From: the human T2T-CHM13v2.0 reference genome, Homo sapiens
Reading direction: 5' to 3' (one strand)
Assembly: GCF_009914755.1 (NCBI RefSeq)
Contig: NC_060926.1
Length of the DNA: 64,000 nt
In this document: positions 37,204 to 55,712 of the stretch, one piece after another
Layout of the letters: each line of letters begins with the position of its first letter
How positions within the stretch are numbered: the stretch's first letter is position 1
Position numbers and translations under genes: made by a program
Notes under the pieces: model-generated
The model's input: only the letters and a program-made list of their open reading frames with translations
Told to the model about the DNA's origin: nothing
The model's database searches: none

Positions 37204-38989
37204 TTAAAAGTGAGGTAACTTTACAAATGCAAGTGAGTGAAGCAGGACGATGGCAGGGCAGCAAGCCACTGTCATCCTCTCTCCCTGATCCTTTCCCTTC
37301 CTAGAGGCCACGGCCAGCTCTCAGTAAAAGCTACAGCTGACCCATTCCTTTCCCCAAGCCCAGGCTCCTGGGATGCCCCAGACCTTCCCCCATAGGGCAC
37401 AGACAGATGATGCCCTCCCCTTTTGTAAGGAACAAATATATTTGGGAAGAATAAATGCCTTTGGTTGTGAGAATCAGAGGCCATCCTGTTTGGAGGACAT
37501 GGTGTTATAAGAACAAACTGATATTCTGTATTTGTGGTAAGACCCTTCTGGCGACTGTGGAGGAGGACATGGGCCTCAGACATGGCTTAGGGGTGTCCAG
37601 GGCTGGCAGGGCCTGGAAGGTGCTGCCTTTCCTGGGGAGTAAGAGTGGGATTGCTTAAAACCATGGCGTGACCCGGCAATCTCACAGATCTCGAGACATG
37701 TGATCCTGTCTCAGGCCCCTGTTTTCTACCTTTGGGCTCTACTTGTCCTCAGGTTCTTCCCAGATGGGATTTCCTTCCATGTATAAACCCTGCCTGTGAG
37801 CCTAGACATCTCTGTTAGGACGCTGGTATGTTCCTCTGGTTTTATAGCTCTTTGCCCACGGCAGCTCCGATGTCAGGTGGCCTGGGCCCTGCACAGGTCG
37901 GTGGGAGGGTGCAGGCCCTGGGTGAGGAGATCAGGGACATGATGGCTCATTGGACCTCAAAGGTGATGGGAAAGAGAAGTGTCTTCCCTGGCTCCCCACA
38001 CAGCAGTATGTTGGCCTCCAGGGCTGTTCCATCACCCATGACAGCATGGACCGCGCTGTAGCCACTCTGGAAAGCGACCCTTGGAAGGGAGCTTGTGCGG
38101 GAGATAGGAGGACTGATGTGCACCCAGCAGTGTCATGGGGACAGGGCGCTGGCCAGCTGGGCGGGACTCACCCTCCTGACACCCAGTTTCCAGGATACTC
38201 CTTCACCCCCACCCCAGGGCAGATCCCTGCCCTAGATTTTCTCCCTCTCATGTCCAGCAAATGCTGTGCCAGAGCCCTGGAATTCCATGGGGCAAGCTAG
38301 GAAGATGGAGAGCTGAAATGAGGAAGTCATCACCTTTTCCAAAGAGAAGGTAGGCCCAGTACCACCCGGGTGCCCCTTGGGCAAGCTCTCCGGGCTGGGG
38401 AACAGGAGTAGGGGCTATGTCAGGTGCAGACAGAAGCAGGGAATCTTCCAGGAGGCACTGTAGAATGTTCCATTGCAGCAGCTCATACCCTGTCAGGCTT
38501 AGACATTTAGACATTGAGACTTGGAGATCCCCGGCAATTCATATTCAAGGTCAAAGGGCCAGTGACAGAAAGAGGAAGGCCCACTGTGTCATTCACAAAG
38601 TGCATCCAAAACCATCATCCCAGGTGACCCTCACAATAACCCCGTGAGATTTGCAGGCCAGGAGCCTCCTCAAAGGAGGAGTCAGGAATGTCGGGGTTAA
38701 CAACTCCTCCAAGTCAGGACCAGGAAATGCTATCTCCAGCACCAACCTAGGTTCCCTATGCTTCCTCCCACACCACAGCTTATGGGCGACTGCCACCTCA
38801 TGGACAGAGCCCTTCCCTGTCCAATTTCCACCAGGCTCCTTCCTCTGATCATCCCCTCAGACACCTTGTTTTCTGAGGCCAGTCACTCTGGGAACTGTTG
38901 TCCTTGGCAAGTGGGGACCTGGGACTTTGCAGAAAGCAGATGCTAAGGTCATACTTGGCTGGGACCAGCATTGGACAGCAAACCTCACC

Positions 38990-39315
<326 letters not shown>

Positions 39316-39860
39316 TGAAACTCATGCCTTGTTTGTCCTCCTGCCAGCACATTGGTGCTGCCTCCTAAGGAAGCAGCAAACATCCATTATCAACAAATAT
39401 GCTGACCTTCTAGGGTGATTTAAGATTGGTGGTCTTTGATAGTGATAGTAAAGTGATTGAAATATTTATTCCATCCTCTACAAAACTCAAGTAAAAATAG
39501 TTTTCTGCATGTGGTCCTCAATATATTCAGTCCATGGGTTCAACCAATCACAGGTGAAAAATATAAAAAAATAAAAATAAAAAAGCAATACAGCGTAACA
39601 ACTATTTACATAGCATTGACACTATATTAGGTGTTATAAGGAATCTAGAGATGATTGAGAGTACACAGGAGGATATGTTCAGGTCATATGCAAATACTAC
39701 ACCATTTTCTATCAGAGACTTGATTGAGTCTCTGTGGATTTTGGTATCCTTGGGGATCTGGAATCAGTCCCCCACGGACCCTGAGGGCTGAGTGTGCGTC
39801 CATCCTGGGATTGATCAGTGTCTCCCCAGAGTCTCCGAGAGGCTCAGTCTTGCTCTCTCA

Positions 39861-40565
39861 GTGTGATTTTGTGATATTATAAGCATGTGACTGGTCTGTG
39901 TCCCCAGTCCCTGGCAGTAGAGTTCTTAAGCCCTTGCAGTTTTCTGAGACCTGTAGGGGTGACAGGAGCTTCTTTTTTTCTGAGGTGACTCTTGGTAGGC
40001 TCCTAGGAAGCTTCAGGGTGGCCCTGGTCAGAAAGACCACACACATGATGAGAGGGTTGAAACAGTCTGTGTGACCTCTGCACCCCCAGGGAGAGAAGAG
40101 GGCTGGAGATAGAGTGAGTCACCAGTGGCCAGTGATTTAATAAATCATGCCACATGATGGAACCCCCATAAAGCCCCCAGGCAACTGGGTTCTGAGAGCT
40201 CCCACGTTGGTGACCACAGGGAGGTGCTGGGAGGGTGTTGTGCCCAGAGGGTATAGGAGCTCTGTGCACCCCCTGCCACGGTGCCCTGTGCATCTCTTCC
40301 TCTTGGCTGTTCTGGAGTAGTGTCCCTTATAATAACCAGTGATAGGAAGCTGAGTGCTTTCCTGAGTTCTGTGCATCATTCCAGCTAATCATGGAGCCTG
40401 GGGATGGGGTTATGCAAACCCTCCATTGAAAGCTGGCCAGTCAGAAGTACGAGAGGCCTGGGGCTTGTGATTGGTGTCTGAAGTGAGGGCAGCCTTATGG
40501 AGCTGAGCCCTTAACCTGTGGGGTCTGCACTAACTCTGTTTAGTAAGTGTTAGAATTGAGTTGTG
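39861..40565 (+). mobile_element. MER21-like LTR
   Basis: GCTTCAGGGTGGCCCTGGTCAGAAAGACC...GAGCCCTTAACCTGTGGGGTCTGCACTAACTC. Confidence 0.7.
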
Positions 40566-41234
40566 CATAAAAGCAGTTCAGACTAGGCTGGCCATAGAGG
40601 AGATGACAGGCCTGGTGCAGATTCACCTGGGAAGGGAAGGCAGCTGATGAACAGGGGCTGCGGGATACTCTCCTGGGCTGCCAGGAGCCAGTCTATGGCC
40701 CCAAAAGCATAGTGTGTAGGGTTTTAGCCTGGAATCCAGGAGAGACTGGGGAGAAGCCCCAGTCTGCCCTCCACCTCCTGCCCCGCCCAACCAGTTCCTC
40801 TAGACTGATGTTCTCCTCTCTCCTATGACTTTCTACCCTAGGGGGGGTCTCTGTAAGCCAATAATTGATTAGAAAAGTGAAAAGAAAGCAAATGAAACCA
40901 AGAGTCAGAGTCTTTTAGTGGGCTGGGCTTAGGGTTCCTTCATCAGATGGATGTCTCTGTCTTTCTTGCATATTGATGACTGGATGCACTGAATGCAGTT
41001 GCATTACAGGAAAAAGATGTCCACCTCACACAAATAATGGAAGAGGGTTCCAAAGCCCCAGGCTCACCAAATGCAGGAGAAGCCACCTTCTCATCATCTA
41101 AAGTGTGCTGCTGCCTCAGCAACGGGCCCAGAGAACACTCAAAACGAGTGTTAAATTCCAGGCCCGCATCACAGCGCTGGGGGAGGAAACTGCTCTGGGT
41201 CCATCGGGGCAGACCTACTCCTCCTAGCACCTAG

Positions 41235-41594
<360 letters not shown>

Positions 41595-42011
41595 TAAAGA
41601 TTTCCCAGAAGTCTTTTTCTAATTTTCTGGTATTAAATTGAAAAGAAAATAGAATGCACAGATGAAACATGCAAGGTGATGAATTTTCGCAAAGTCAATG
41701 TGCTGTGCAAGTAAGACTCAGGTCAGAAAACAGATTTATCCCAAATTTATCTGATAAGAGGACCCCAAATGCTTCTCAGGCGTGCTGACTGCTCAGCCTC
41801 CTACTCCATGACATCTCCATCCGTGCAACAACACCTCCCCACAGCTCCTGTGGAAGGCCTGGATTGCTGCCATGTGAACTTGGAAATGTCATTTCTCCTT
41901 CTGGCCATGCTGGGTTGAAGTTAAATGATTTCATATATTGTCTTCCTCCGTTAATCCTTCCAGTGGCTTCTCTTTATATCCACATTAAAACCCAAGTACC
42001 TTTCTTGCCTA

Positions 42012-42480
42012 TGTAGTAGGCAGCCTCACTAATGGCTCCCCGTGATCCACACCCCTGGGATACACATCCTTGTGCAACGCCCTCCCTTTGAGTGTGGACT
42101 AGACCCTGTTCTAATCACAGAATATGGCAAAAGTGATGGGATATCTCCTCCAAGCTTTAGTTGTTAGTAACCATGGCTGACATTTTCTCAGATCTTCTCA
42201 GCTCTCTCTTCTCCCCTCTCTCCCTCCTCTCTTTCTCCTTTCCTCTCTCTGAACCCTGGCTCTGGGGAGCAGCTGCTCTGTTAGGAGCTGCCCTAAGGGG
42301 AGGCTCCTGTGGCTTAGGACCCAGAGAGGACAACAGAGGGGAACTTGGCCCTTCAGTCCACATGGAATCCTTCCAATAGCCCCATGAATGAACTTGAAAG
42401 TAGATCCTGCCCCAGTTGAGTCTCAGAGGAGACCTCAGTCCAGCCCCCTGAGAGACCATGTGGTAGAAGCACCCTGTTGA
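42012..42480 (+). mobile_element. MLT1-type MaLR LTR remnant
   Basis: TGTAGTAGGCAGCC..AATGGCTCCC..GATCC..CCCTTTGAGTGTGG. Confidence 0.55.
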
Positions 42481-43204
42481 GCTGGGCTGGGCCTGGGTGA
42501 GCGCCCATTGTTACGGGCGGTTACGGGTGGGGCAGTGTTTCCACGCAGCAGTGGGGCCATCATACAGTGGACCTGGCCCAGGATCTGCTCCACCCTTCCC
42601 TCCCTCCCCTGCTCTCCCCCCAGCTCCCTCCAGCCACGCTGTCCCCCTTTCTAAGCTCCTCTCTGGACAAACTAATGTCTGTCCTAGAGCCCCTGCACAG
42701 TTCCACCTCCCCACACTGTGCTGGAAATGCCTGCAGGGCTGGCTCCCCCTTGTCATTCTGCTCATGGCATGACTGTCACCTCAGGGAGGCCTTTTCAGAT
42801 CCCCCCACCATGAAGTGGCCCCCAGCCTCCCCTGCAGCAGTTGCTTTACTTCGACACAGCACTTGCTCCTTTCCCCACTTATATGTTTTGTGGCTTGGTC
42901 CCGCTCCCCCTCCAGATGGTGCGCTCCTGGAGGGCAGGGACCATACCATATCTGTCTTTTTCACTGCAGCACCCAAGCTGAACTCAGGCCCTGGAACAAG
43001 GTAAGTGCTCTGGGTATCAAGACTGAATGAGTAAATGAGAGGATCTGGAGCCCCTCACTCCCACATCCTACCACGGACCAGCTCGGACTGTGGAGATGGA
43101 TGCTGACAATAGGAAATGCAGGTCAGGTTGGAGGCAGGGGAATGGCCTGAATGACCCCTGGCTCTTCCCTGGCTCAGGTGCTCCCGCAGAACACAGTGGG
43201 CACA

Positions 43205-43223
43205 TGTCTCCCCCTGGTGGCCA
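43205..43223 (-). promoter_or_regulatory. Strong CTCF motif
   Basis: Reverse complement TGGCCACCAGGGGGAGAC versus consensus TGGCCACCAGGGGGCGC. Confidence 0.5.
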
Positions 43224-45870
43224 GAGCTTGCACTGCATCCAAAGAAGGAAAACCACAACACAGAACTTGCAAGGCAAATCCACGCTCCCACATCCCAGGG
43301 GGCAAAAATCCAAGAGGATTGAGAGAAATATCAGAAAACCCTCTTATTCCTACTGCCAGCACTGGCCTGGGGTCCAGACACTTCCAAGGCCTCCTCACCA
43401 CATCCAGGGAGGTGGCCCCGGCTCCACTTCCACAGTAGGAGGACCTGAGGCTCCCACACTGGGGTCTTTGCCCTTGTCCAGGGATGCGTGGTCCATGCTC
43501 TGCTGCTCCAAGTCTCAGTGCATCAACCACCCTGCCTCTCTCTGCTCAGAAGGAACTCCAGGGGTAGAAAGCATTTTCTAAGAACCTTGGAGCACAGTGG
43601 GTCACCTATGGAGAGCTGGGGCAACGGAGGCTTTCTGAGCCTGTGGGACTCTTGGGGTGACCCACGCCAAGCACCTCAGTATGTAGGGAAGGAAACTGAG
43701 GTCTTCTTTCCTGTAGCCCCTTCAGTCTAGGGGGCTCATCCTGGTTGAAGGTGCCCACAGCAGTGGACACAGGACCCCAGGCCCTGCTTTCCCCTGACTG
43801 CCGTGGAGGTGGCACCAGACCAGGCTGACCCAGGGGACCTTAGGGATCCCCCAGCCTGGCCTCTTTGCATCTCTCCCCTTCCCATGCTATGGGCCCTGGT
43901 CATGGTTCTGGTGATTGGATGCTGCTGTCTGTAGCAGAGCTGCCTCAGCCTCTTTCTTCTTTCCCTTTGTTACCTACCCAGGATCCGCTTCTCCTCCCAT
44001 CCTACCCTTAGTCACCCCCTGTGATGTCAGCTTGTGCGTGTCTGTGGGTATGCACCTTTGGGGATGCTGAGAGGAAACAGCCTCTCCTGGGAAAAGTGAG
44101 TCAGGGTCTGCAGGATTTTAGGGGCTCCGATTCCCAAAGCAACCCCATGGGATATGGTTCAGCCCTGGCCTAGGAGATGGTAACTGGACTCTGCCCATGT
44201 CCTGTGTCCTGGGCCAGCCCCTCCTCTCTCTGGGCCTGGGTTTCCCAAGTGTCTAATGAGGGGTTGGACTGGAACTGCATATGGAAGTCTCAGTGTGGAC
44301 CTGTCTGGCTCCCTCCATACCTGGTGGGTGAGTGGGATGTGCTCTGGGGTAACCTTGGGCCTCCACATGAGTGGGCATGCGTGAACCTTGAAGGAGATGC
44401 CTGGGCCTCATGCCCATGGCCACACATGCACACACGGTCTGCATGGGCCCCAGGCGGCAGGTGCACCAGAGCCACACTGCACAGCACATTGCATGGCACC
44501 AGTGGTTCCTCCAGCGCGTGTCCCACGGTTCCTGTCTCCTGCAACCAGGAAGTAAGCCAACCTTACTTAACCACATGGACTTGGAGGAAGGGAGTAGTTC
44601 CCCAGGGGGAAACTGAGCCTCTGTGACTATTAGAAGTGGCCATGGATGTGGGACCGGCGAGAGCCCCAGATCTTTACAGTCATGCCGGTCACCTACACCC
44701 CTGCCTCTTGCAGGAGTGTGTGTCCCAGGGAAGGGCAGGACTGGTCCCAGCTCACAGAGATTCAGGGAAAAGTGAGTGCCTCAGCTGGGGTTAGATTTGT
44801 CTACACACAGCAGAAAGTTCAGAACAGTTGTGGCACAGACAAGAGAGAGCGCTTTCTTTCTCCTGTTAAAGAACTCTGGAGGTGGCTGTCCATGCTGACC
44901 CGGGCTGTCCCCATAGCCATCAGCCAGCACCTGTCCTGCTGTCCCAGAGTCTCAGTAGCTGACTTCTGTCCTCAATGCTGTCTCTGGACCCCAGAGGGCT
45001 GTGCTTCAGAGATAGGAAGAGGAGAGAAGGAAGGACCAAGACCTGCTCAGCTGTGTGAGTTCCAGGCAGACAGCCTCTGCGAGCCCCTCACAGTGCCTCT
45101 GCTCATGCCCAGTTAGCTTGGACTTGTTCTGGTCACCTTAGCTACAAGGTAGGTTAGTCAGGAGCGGTAGCCTTTTCGCTTGGCAAGTTGTTGCCGAGGA
45201 TAAAACCGAGCCCTCTGTTCTTAAGAAACAGGGAAGTATGAAAATCCCGGGTGAAGACCAGCGTTGTCTCCCTGCACTGAACTGCAAGATGAAGGGGAGG
45301 AACTGAGTTACCCTTAGATAAATTGGGAATTTATTTGTCTAAAACAGACTCTCTTTTCTTGGTATGTATTCATTGAAGAGAGAGAAAAAGTCATGGCTCT
45401 CAGCCAGGATATGTGAGTAGGAAGGCTGCTTTCAGTGCCTAAGCAGGATGATAGGAAGTGATGTGTTGGCTTCCACCTGACTGTAATTTGTAAGGAGCTC
45501 TGAGAAAATCCTCTTCTGTTTCATCAATGGGGCAAGGCCAGCACAGGGGTTTATGGAGACTTCTAGGCAAGCAGCATGTTCCTAAAAGCTAAGACTAATT
45601 TAAATCTCTAAACTAAAAAAGTAGAATGGTTTGACCCCACCATTTTGACTAGAGATATTTCAATTCTCATAGTGAAGATTAATAATACAAATAATCCACG
45701 CAAAATGGATAACGGTTAAAACTATATGTGATACAACTTACGATGACCAAAAATTGTTGGAAGAAAAATATTTTGGAAAATATTTTGTTGTGTTTAATTT
45801 GATCCTGAAAAGTTGACTTAAAGAAATACTGATCCCTAAAGAAAACTTACGATAGCAGAATCTGTAGTCA

Positions 45871-48159
<2,289 letters not shown>

Positions 48160-48594
48160 CCCGGCCAAGTTTTTAAGCAGATACATTAGTTACATGTGCT
48201 GAAATATCAGATGACTCCCCCAGATTTCACTGACTTCACATTATATTTTGGGCCCACCAGAAGTTGCTGGCTGGGCGTTCAGGGTAGAGGCTGCTTTCCT
48301 CTGCGTGGGCATGCAGGAACCCAGAATCTTTCCATCAGGTGCCTCCGTCATCTCTGGGACCTCCTCCCACCTCCATCTATCGGTAGAAGGGGAGAGTGTG
48401 AGAAAGGCATTGGAGGCTTTTGTGGGCCAGCTCTGGAAGTGGCTCACCTTAGTCCATTGCCTCCCTTTGGCAAAAGCTGGTCATAGGACTACACCTAACA
48501 CAAGGGGACTATGAACTAGAGCTTTTATTTATTTGTTTGTTTGTTTGTTTGTTTAGGCCCCATGGGGGCTGTGAACTGGAGCTTCTATTTATTT

Positions 48595-50725
48595 ATTTAT
48601 TGTTTAGGCACCATGGCCTACACTCCTTTATTAGAGTGAGGGTCCCGAGGACCAGCCCCCATATATGATGGGTCCACTTGAGCCTCCTTAGGAGCCCCAT
48701 GAGGGAGTGATGGCTTGGGTAGGGAGCCAGGGACCTTGCCCAGCCCGACACTGGAGCAGGAGAGCGGCCTCAGTCCCCACCCCAACCCCAGAAGAGGGCG
48801 GGGCGAGAACCGGAGTCAAATCTTGGGCCGGGTCCAAGGGCCTGAGCGCCTGGTTTAGGCCGGAAATGGTCTAGTTCTCAGAGGTGGTCCGATCCCTAAC
48901 CAGTCCCAGGCCCAGCCCCAGCCCAGCACCACCTGGAAGGTTCAAGTACATGGAGGAGAGGAGTAAGGCGGACTTGGGCGTATGGAGAAAGGGGTGAAGG
49001 GAGAAAGAGGACTTGCGCTCAGGAGGGAGCGTGGCCTACTGGTGGGAAAGCAGGCGTGGCCGCCTGTGCGGGAGGTTGCGGATCCACAGTGGGCGAGACC
49101 AGGCCCCAGCCCCATCAGGGCGCGGGGTGCGCAGCCAGGTGGTGCTCCAGCAGCGCCCAGTGAGAGGAGACCTTGCGGTAGACGGGGGAAGGGCGCGCGC
49201 TCTGGCCGCTGAGTGCGCATGTGCATATTGAGCGAACTCTTCTGCGGGAAGGGCTTGGCGTAGACCGCGCACTGGAAGGCGTGCGCGCAGGTGTGCGTGA
49301 CCATGTGCTTGAAACGGCAGTAGCGCAGCGAGAAGGATCGCCATCACACGGCGCACTGGTGCGGCTTCTCCCCCGAGTGGATGAACATGTGCTTGGTGTC
49401 GTTTTTCCTTGAGCTGAACGTCTTGCAACAGTGGCCGCACGCATAGGCAAGTGGCTCGGCACCAGGAGTGCGAGCAGTGGTGCCTGAGGGGGCCGTGGTG
49501 GGAGCAGCAGAGGGAGCCGGGGCCTCCCGCAGCTGAGTGCCGGGGGCTGCCTCGGGCTGGAGTGTGGGGTAGAAGGCGGGTGGGGGCGCAGGGGCTGGCA
49601 CGGATGGTGCTGAAGGGGGTGGTGCGGGTGGTTCGGGAGCACCCAAGTGAAAGGGGAAGAGTGCGACAGGCGGCCCTGGGGTCTTCACGCCAGGCGGGCG
49701 GGGTCCAGCCAGTATGCAGTCGGGCTGGACAGGGGTCTCGGTGGGACAGCCTTCGGGGACAGCGCCATCCTTGTCGTGCCAAGCGGTTACATAGCTGTCT
49801 GGAAATACGTCCTCAGCTGCCCCAGATCCCGGAAGAAAATCTCTCCCACACCACTGTAGTCAGAGAGGCCAGTGGGTGCATGGAACTCCTCGCACGCGCT
49901 GTCAGCAGCAGCAGTGAGGAAGCCGGCAGCACAGTCTGGGAAGGAAGGAGGTGCTTGGCTCTCTCCCGGGCCGCCACCTTCGCCGTCCTCGCCATCGGTC
50001 TCATCGTCAGTTTCCTCGTCATCGTTGTCACCTCGGTCGTCAGGGGCCGCGGACAGTGAGGGGTAGGCACCAAGCCCCTCGGCTTTGGCAGGTGTCGGGG
50101 GCGCAGGCAGCTGCAAACTCGCGGGCCGGCGCTGCTTACCGCTGTGCGCGGCACCGGGGTGCCCCGGGGGTGCGCAGCCAGCAGGTGGCGCAGGCGGTGA
50201 CGCAGCTGCTCAGGTGCGAGTGGCGGGGGCACAGGGGTGGGCAGGGGCGCGGGTGCAGAGGTGCTCGCGGGTGCAGAGGAGCGCGTGCGATAATCTGCGT
50301 GCATTCGTCGATAACTGTCTATGCGAAGCACCGACGCAGCCATGAGTACCTGCGGGGCTTCACTCTGTGCCACAACGAGCGAACCGCTGTACAGGAGCTC
50401 GACTAGCTGTCGCACCGTCTGCACAGGCACCACCGAAGGCACACGGATCTCAGAGGGGCCGAGCAGCAGCTTGTCTTGGAAGGAGGGCGAGCCGATTGCC
50501 AGCCCGCAGCGGTGCGCACGCAGCGAAGCTTCATGAATGCACACAGTCACGTCGCAGAAGTGCCCACCCAGCTTCTGCCCATTGAGGGTCTCAAGCAGAG
50601 AGCGTGAGAAGTTCTGCAGATGTATGTGGCGCACAGCCTCTACAGCCGCCGACTCCGACTCCTCTTCAGGCACCAGGCCTGGCCGTGGCCGCCTTCTCAC
50701 CGACTCCAAGGCAGCACTTCCGGGC
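48595..50725 (-). pseudogene. ZBTB45P1: Full-length processed ZBTB45 pseudogene (BTB domain plus 4 C2H2 fingers, disabled), ZBTB45P1/P2-type
   Basis: [29 protein letters not shown] (BTB); KTFSSRKNDTKHMFIHSGEKPHQCAV*; start codon replaced by TCG at 50652; frameshift near 50320; AATAAA(-) 48632-48627; T-rich tail; TSD GCTTCT(A/C)TTTATTT at 48581 and 50726. Confidence 0.93.
48780..50725. promoter_or_regulatory. CpG-island-like segment coincident with ZBTB45P; ETS-type CCGGAAGTG on the minus strand at about 50715-50723
   Basis: High GC with many intact CpGs compared with the CpG-depleted flanks. Confidence 0.6.
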
Positions 50726-50729
50726 GCTT

Positions 50730-52390
<1,661 letters not shown>

Positions 52391-52399
52391 TCCTCATTT

Positions 52400-54740
52400 T
52401 TGTATCTGGTCACATGTTCCTAGTTAGTAACTATAACTACCTTCTTCTACTACGCATTCTGTATTCCCTTAGCTTTCAGCAAGCAACTCAGTTGGTCTTG
52501 ATTCTTTATATGGGGCAATGACCCAAACTTTCCTTCCTGAAGGAATTGGGCCATTGGCAGCTGTGCCCGAATTGGGTTGTTGTAGTTTTCCATTAAATTA
52601 ATCACAGGGCATGGTAGTAGGTAGCACTGAAGACACCCTAGGAGATCCCATGTATTCCAGAAGTATTATTTCTTAGTTCTGTGGAGTAGAAGCAATTAAC
52701 CCTTGGTAGTCAGGATCAACCACCTCTGCCAGCACGGTAACTCCCTTCTTTGCCTGTCTATTCAGAGGCATGAGGAGCTCAGAGTGGACAGGGACTATCT
52801 TAACTTCCAGTTCAGTAGAATCATTTCTTTGTATCGTGGGGGATGCATTCCTCCTTTTGGGACCAAGACTTCTAGACCAGCAGAGCATAAGATTGAGGGA
52901 CAGGAAATGAAAATTTTGCTGGTGTGTCACTAGGGGTAATAGTGATGATGAGAACCAATTGGTGTGGGAGACCATGAGGTGGATAAGGCACTCTGTAAGT
53001 CCAGACAGTAGTGTGATTTTTATGAAGTACAATTTATCAGTGGTGATAGGAACATTGAGGGTAGGAGGGGAAATTCTCATACATAGTGTCTGTTTCAGTG
53101 AGAACAAGACACTGCCTCTTCTATGATGGAGGTGGTTCAGAGTCACAGCCAGGTTACCTTGGGAGTGGAAGTCCATGTTGCAGAGCCCAGGCATCACCTC
53201 CACCCCTGCCACCATGGCCACTGTATTCATGAGCCCATTGAGCAATGACAGGGGTGGCTGGGGAAAGAGGCTGAGTGGTGTCCACAGAACAGGTCATCCT
53301 ATCTGCTTGATTATTGAAATCCTTCTCTGCCAAGGCCACCCTTTGGAGAGCATTTACATAGCACTCAATGCACTCTTGCTTTTGGTTTACTCTTTTACTA
53401 GGTGAAACCAGTCCTAGTGGCTCATAACTGGGTTTTCCTATCATACTTGTCCTCAGTCCGTAGGTGAAACAACAAATGTAGGGATGCTGAAAGTTGCTGA
53501 GTATGTGTCTATTCCAACCACAGGGTGGGTTCAGGGACACATTGGATCCACTGTGAAACAGACATGAGCTCACACTCCATCCACCAGCTAACCTCCATAA
53601 GTCCCTACTCTGGTGGACCACAGTGATGTTTTTGGTCTCTGGGAATTCCTGTCAAATCAGAGCCAGTGTCCAGAATTCCCCAAATATCTGAGAATTTTCT
53701 TTTCTCTAAGTCACAGTCATCCTGGTAGAAGGCTGTAGGTCCCTTTGGGGAAGACTGGGAAAAAGATTAACTATGTAAGTTTTTGGCAATGTAGCAGCGT
53801 ACTTCCCCAAGATCACCCAGCCTCCCCTTCACTTAGGGGTTGTGGGCCTGTGAACTGGCTCAAGTCTGGGAATTGATTGAGGGTTTAGATCTGTGTTTCA
53901 TTAATTTGAGTTAGTCTTTTATTCAGTTGACCTAGAATTCTTCATTTTTTAAAAAACAACTAAGACTTTGGTACAGCCCATTAGCTCTCCCTGTGGATAC
54001 CATGGACTACACAATGCCATGGGTTTCTGTGAGTCAAACCATTCTGACTGCTGCTTTGACACTGCTTTCCACTGTAGTGACCACACCCACCTCATCTTTG
54101 GTGATTAAGGACAGCCCATGTTCCCTGCCACCCCAGGATTCAATTATCCTCATTTTATTTAAAGATCCCAGTCCAGTGGCTGCAGTTTCTGCTGTAACAT
54201 TTTGCCTACTGAGAGCACGAGCTCAAAGCTCTTCCAGGATACTGGGCTCCTCTCACAATATTCTTTCTCATGATCGTTGTGAGAAGTATGTTCTGTAGAC
54301 CCTCCAGTGTGAGTGAGCAGGTCTGACATAATAAATCCAGTCTCCCTGAGTTTTTGCATACCTTCCTATACACATAAACCAAGGAAGTTGTGACATCTCA
54401 ACTTTATGTACTTTAGGTAAACTCTGATTCTGTTTCAGCCAACCAACCAAGTAACAAAACAAATAAGCAAACAGCCAACCAATCAACCAACAAGCAAGCA
54501 AGCAACAAACCAACCAAACAAGCAAGCAAGCAAGCAAGCAACCAACCAACCAACCAAGTAACCGATCAAACCAACCCTTGGAGCCCTTTCTAAAACTTTG
54601 ACCTACAACCCTGAATCCAGAATCTCTGTTTAGTGGGCCAACATTAATAAATTTAGCCTACTCCAACTTTGTGTTACTTCCACCATGGTGCCACACACTT
54701 AATATCCATTCCCACATATATTCTCCAGATTTCTTTCTGT
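52400..54740 (-). mobile_element. ERV-L (HERV-L-like) internal fragment, pol/integrase/dUTPase remnants
   Basis: NNQADRMTCSVDTTQPLSPATPVIAQWAHEYSGHGGRGGGDAWALQHGLPL and GVTVLAEVVDPDYQG are ERV-L pol and dUTPase-like peptides. Confidence 0.8.
54439..54575. repeat. Compound (CAAC)n/(CAAG)n microsatellite; (TG)n nearby at 54748-54772
   Basis: Read directly from the sequence. Confidence 0.85.
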
Positions 54741-54785
54741 ATAAATTGTGTGTGTGTGTGTGTGTGTGTGTGTAGAAAGAGAGCA

Positions 54786-55712
54786 TCAACTGAAAAATCA
54801 CACAATTTTATAAATTTAGAAAAGAGAGCTTTATTTCTTATAAAGGTTTGCAGCCTGCAAGGTGGCCATTATGACAGGCTGGGAAGTGTGGCCTACAGCC
54901 AAGGCTAGAGGCAGGCCCTTCCAGGGAGGGAAGGAGAGGACAGGAATTTGAGCTGAATGAGTTGACTACATATACATACTCAATAGGATATCAGAGGAGC
55001 TATATCATTTTATGAGAATACTCATAAAAGAGGTCCTAACACATGCATATTGAATAAACATGCATGTTCATTCTGGGGTGGAGACTTGACATTTAAATGT
55101 GTTATAATTAGGCCCTACACATCAAAAAGTGAAGCAGGGAATGAAGGTACTCAGCCTCTGTAAAGGCACAGCCTCTAAAACTGGCCAGAACCAGTCCATG
55201 GAGGATGGTCTCTTATCAGGAGAAAGTTACTGAAATCAGTCCCTTGTCCAGTGAAAGCTGTCGTTAAGGTCGGTGGGGCAGGAGATCAGTTACTCAGTGT
55301 CTGTGAACTGGGTGAGTTGTAATTGTTTTAATCTTGCTTCTCTCATAGCCAGTGCTTGCTTGGCTGCTAGAGAAAAATAAAAACTATGTGGTAGTTAGAA
55401 TCTAGTTTATTCTTTAAGAGTAGGGTACAAGACTTAACCCTTGCCTGGCATGGCCCTAGGTCCTGTTTATAATTTGGGGTCTTATTGCCACAAAGAGTCT
55501 GTTCTGTCAGTCTCATGATCTCTATTTTAACGTTAATGCTGTTCAGTTGTTGGGTCTAAACCATAAGAGGGAGAGAGGTACAGGGAGTTATGTCTGACCT
55601 CCTGTCCTGTCATGGCCAAGAACTGAATTTTAAGATTTATTTGAGGTTCCGTTGGCCAACAGGGGGTCTGTTAAGTCGGGTGGGGGGCTTAGGGTTTCAT
55701 TTTTAGTTCTCA
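54786..55712 (-). mobile_element. ERV1-class (MER4-group-like) LTR
   Basis: GAGAGCTTTATT...GCAGCCTGCA..GGTGGCCATT..GACAGGCTGGGAAG; subfamily not resolved. Confidence 0.55.

Noticed and set aside
49813-50709. 298-aa BTB-containing ORF as a functional ZBTB gene
   Set aside because: Native ATG lost, frameshift at the end of the BTB domain, zinc fingers in other frames with a stop and lost ligands.
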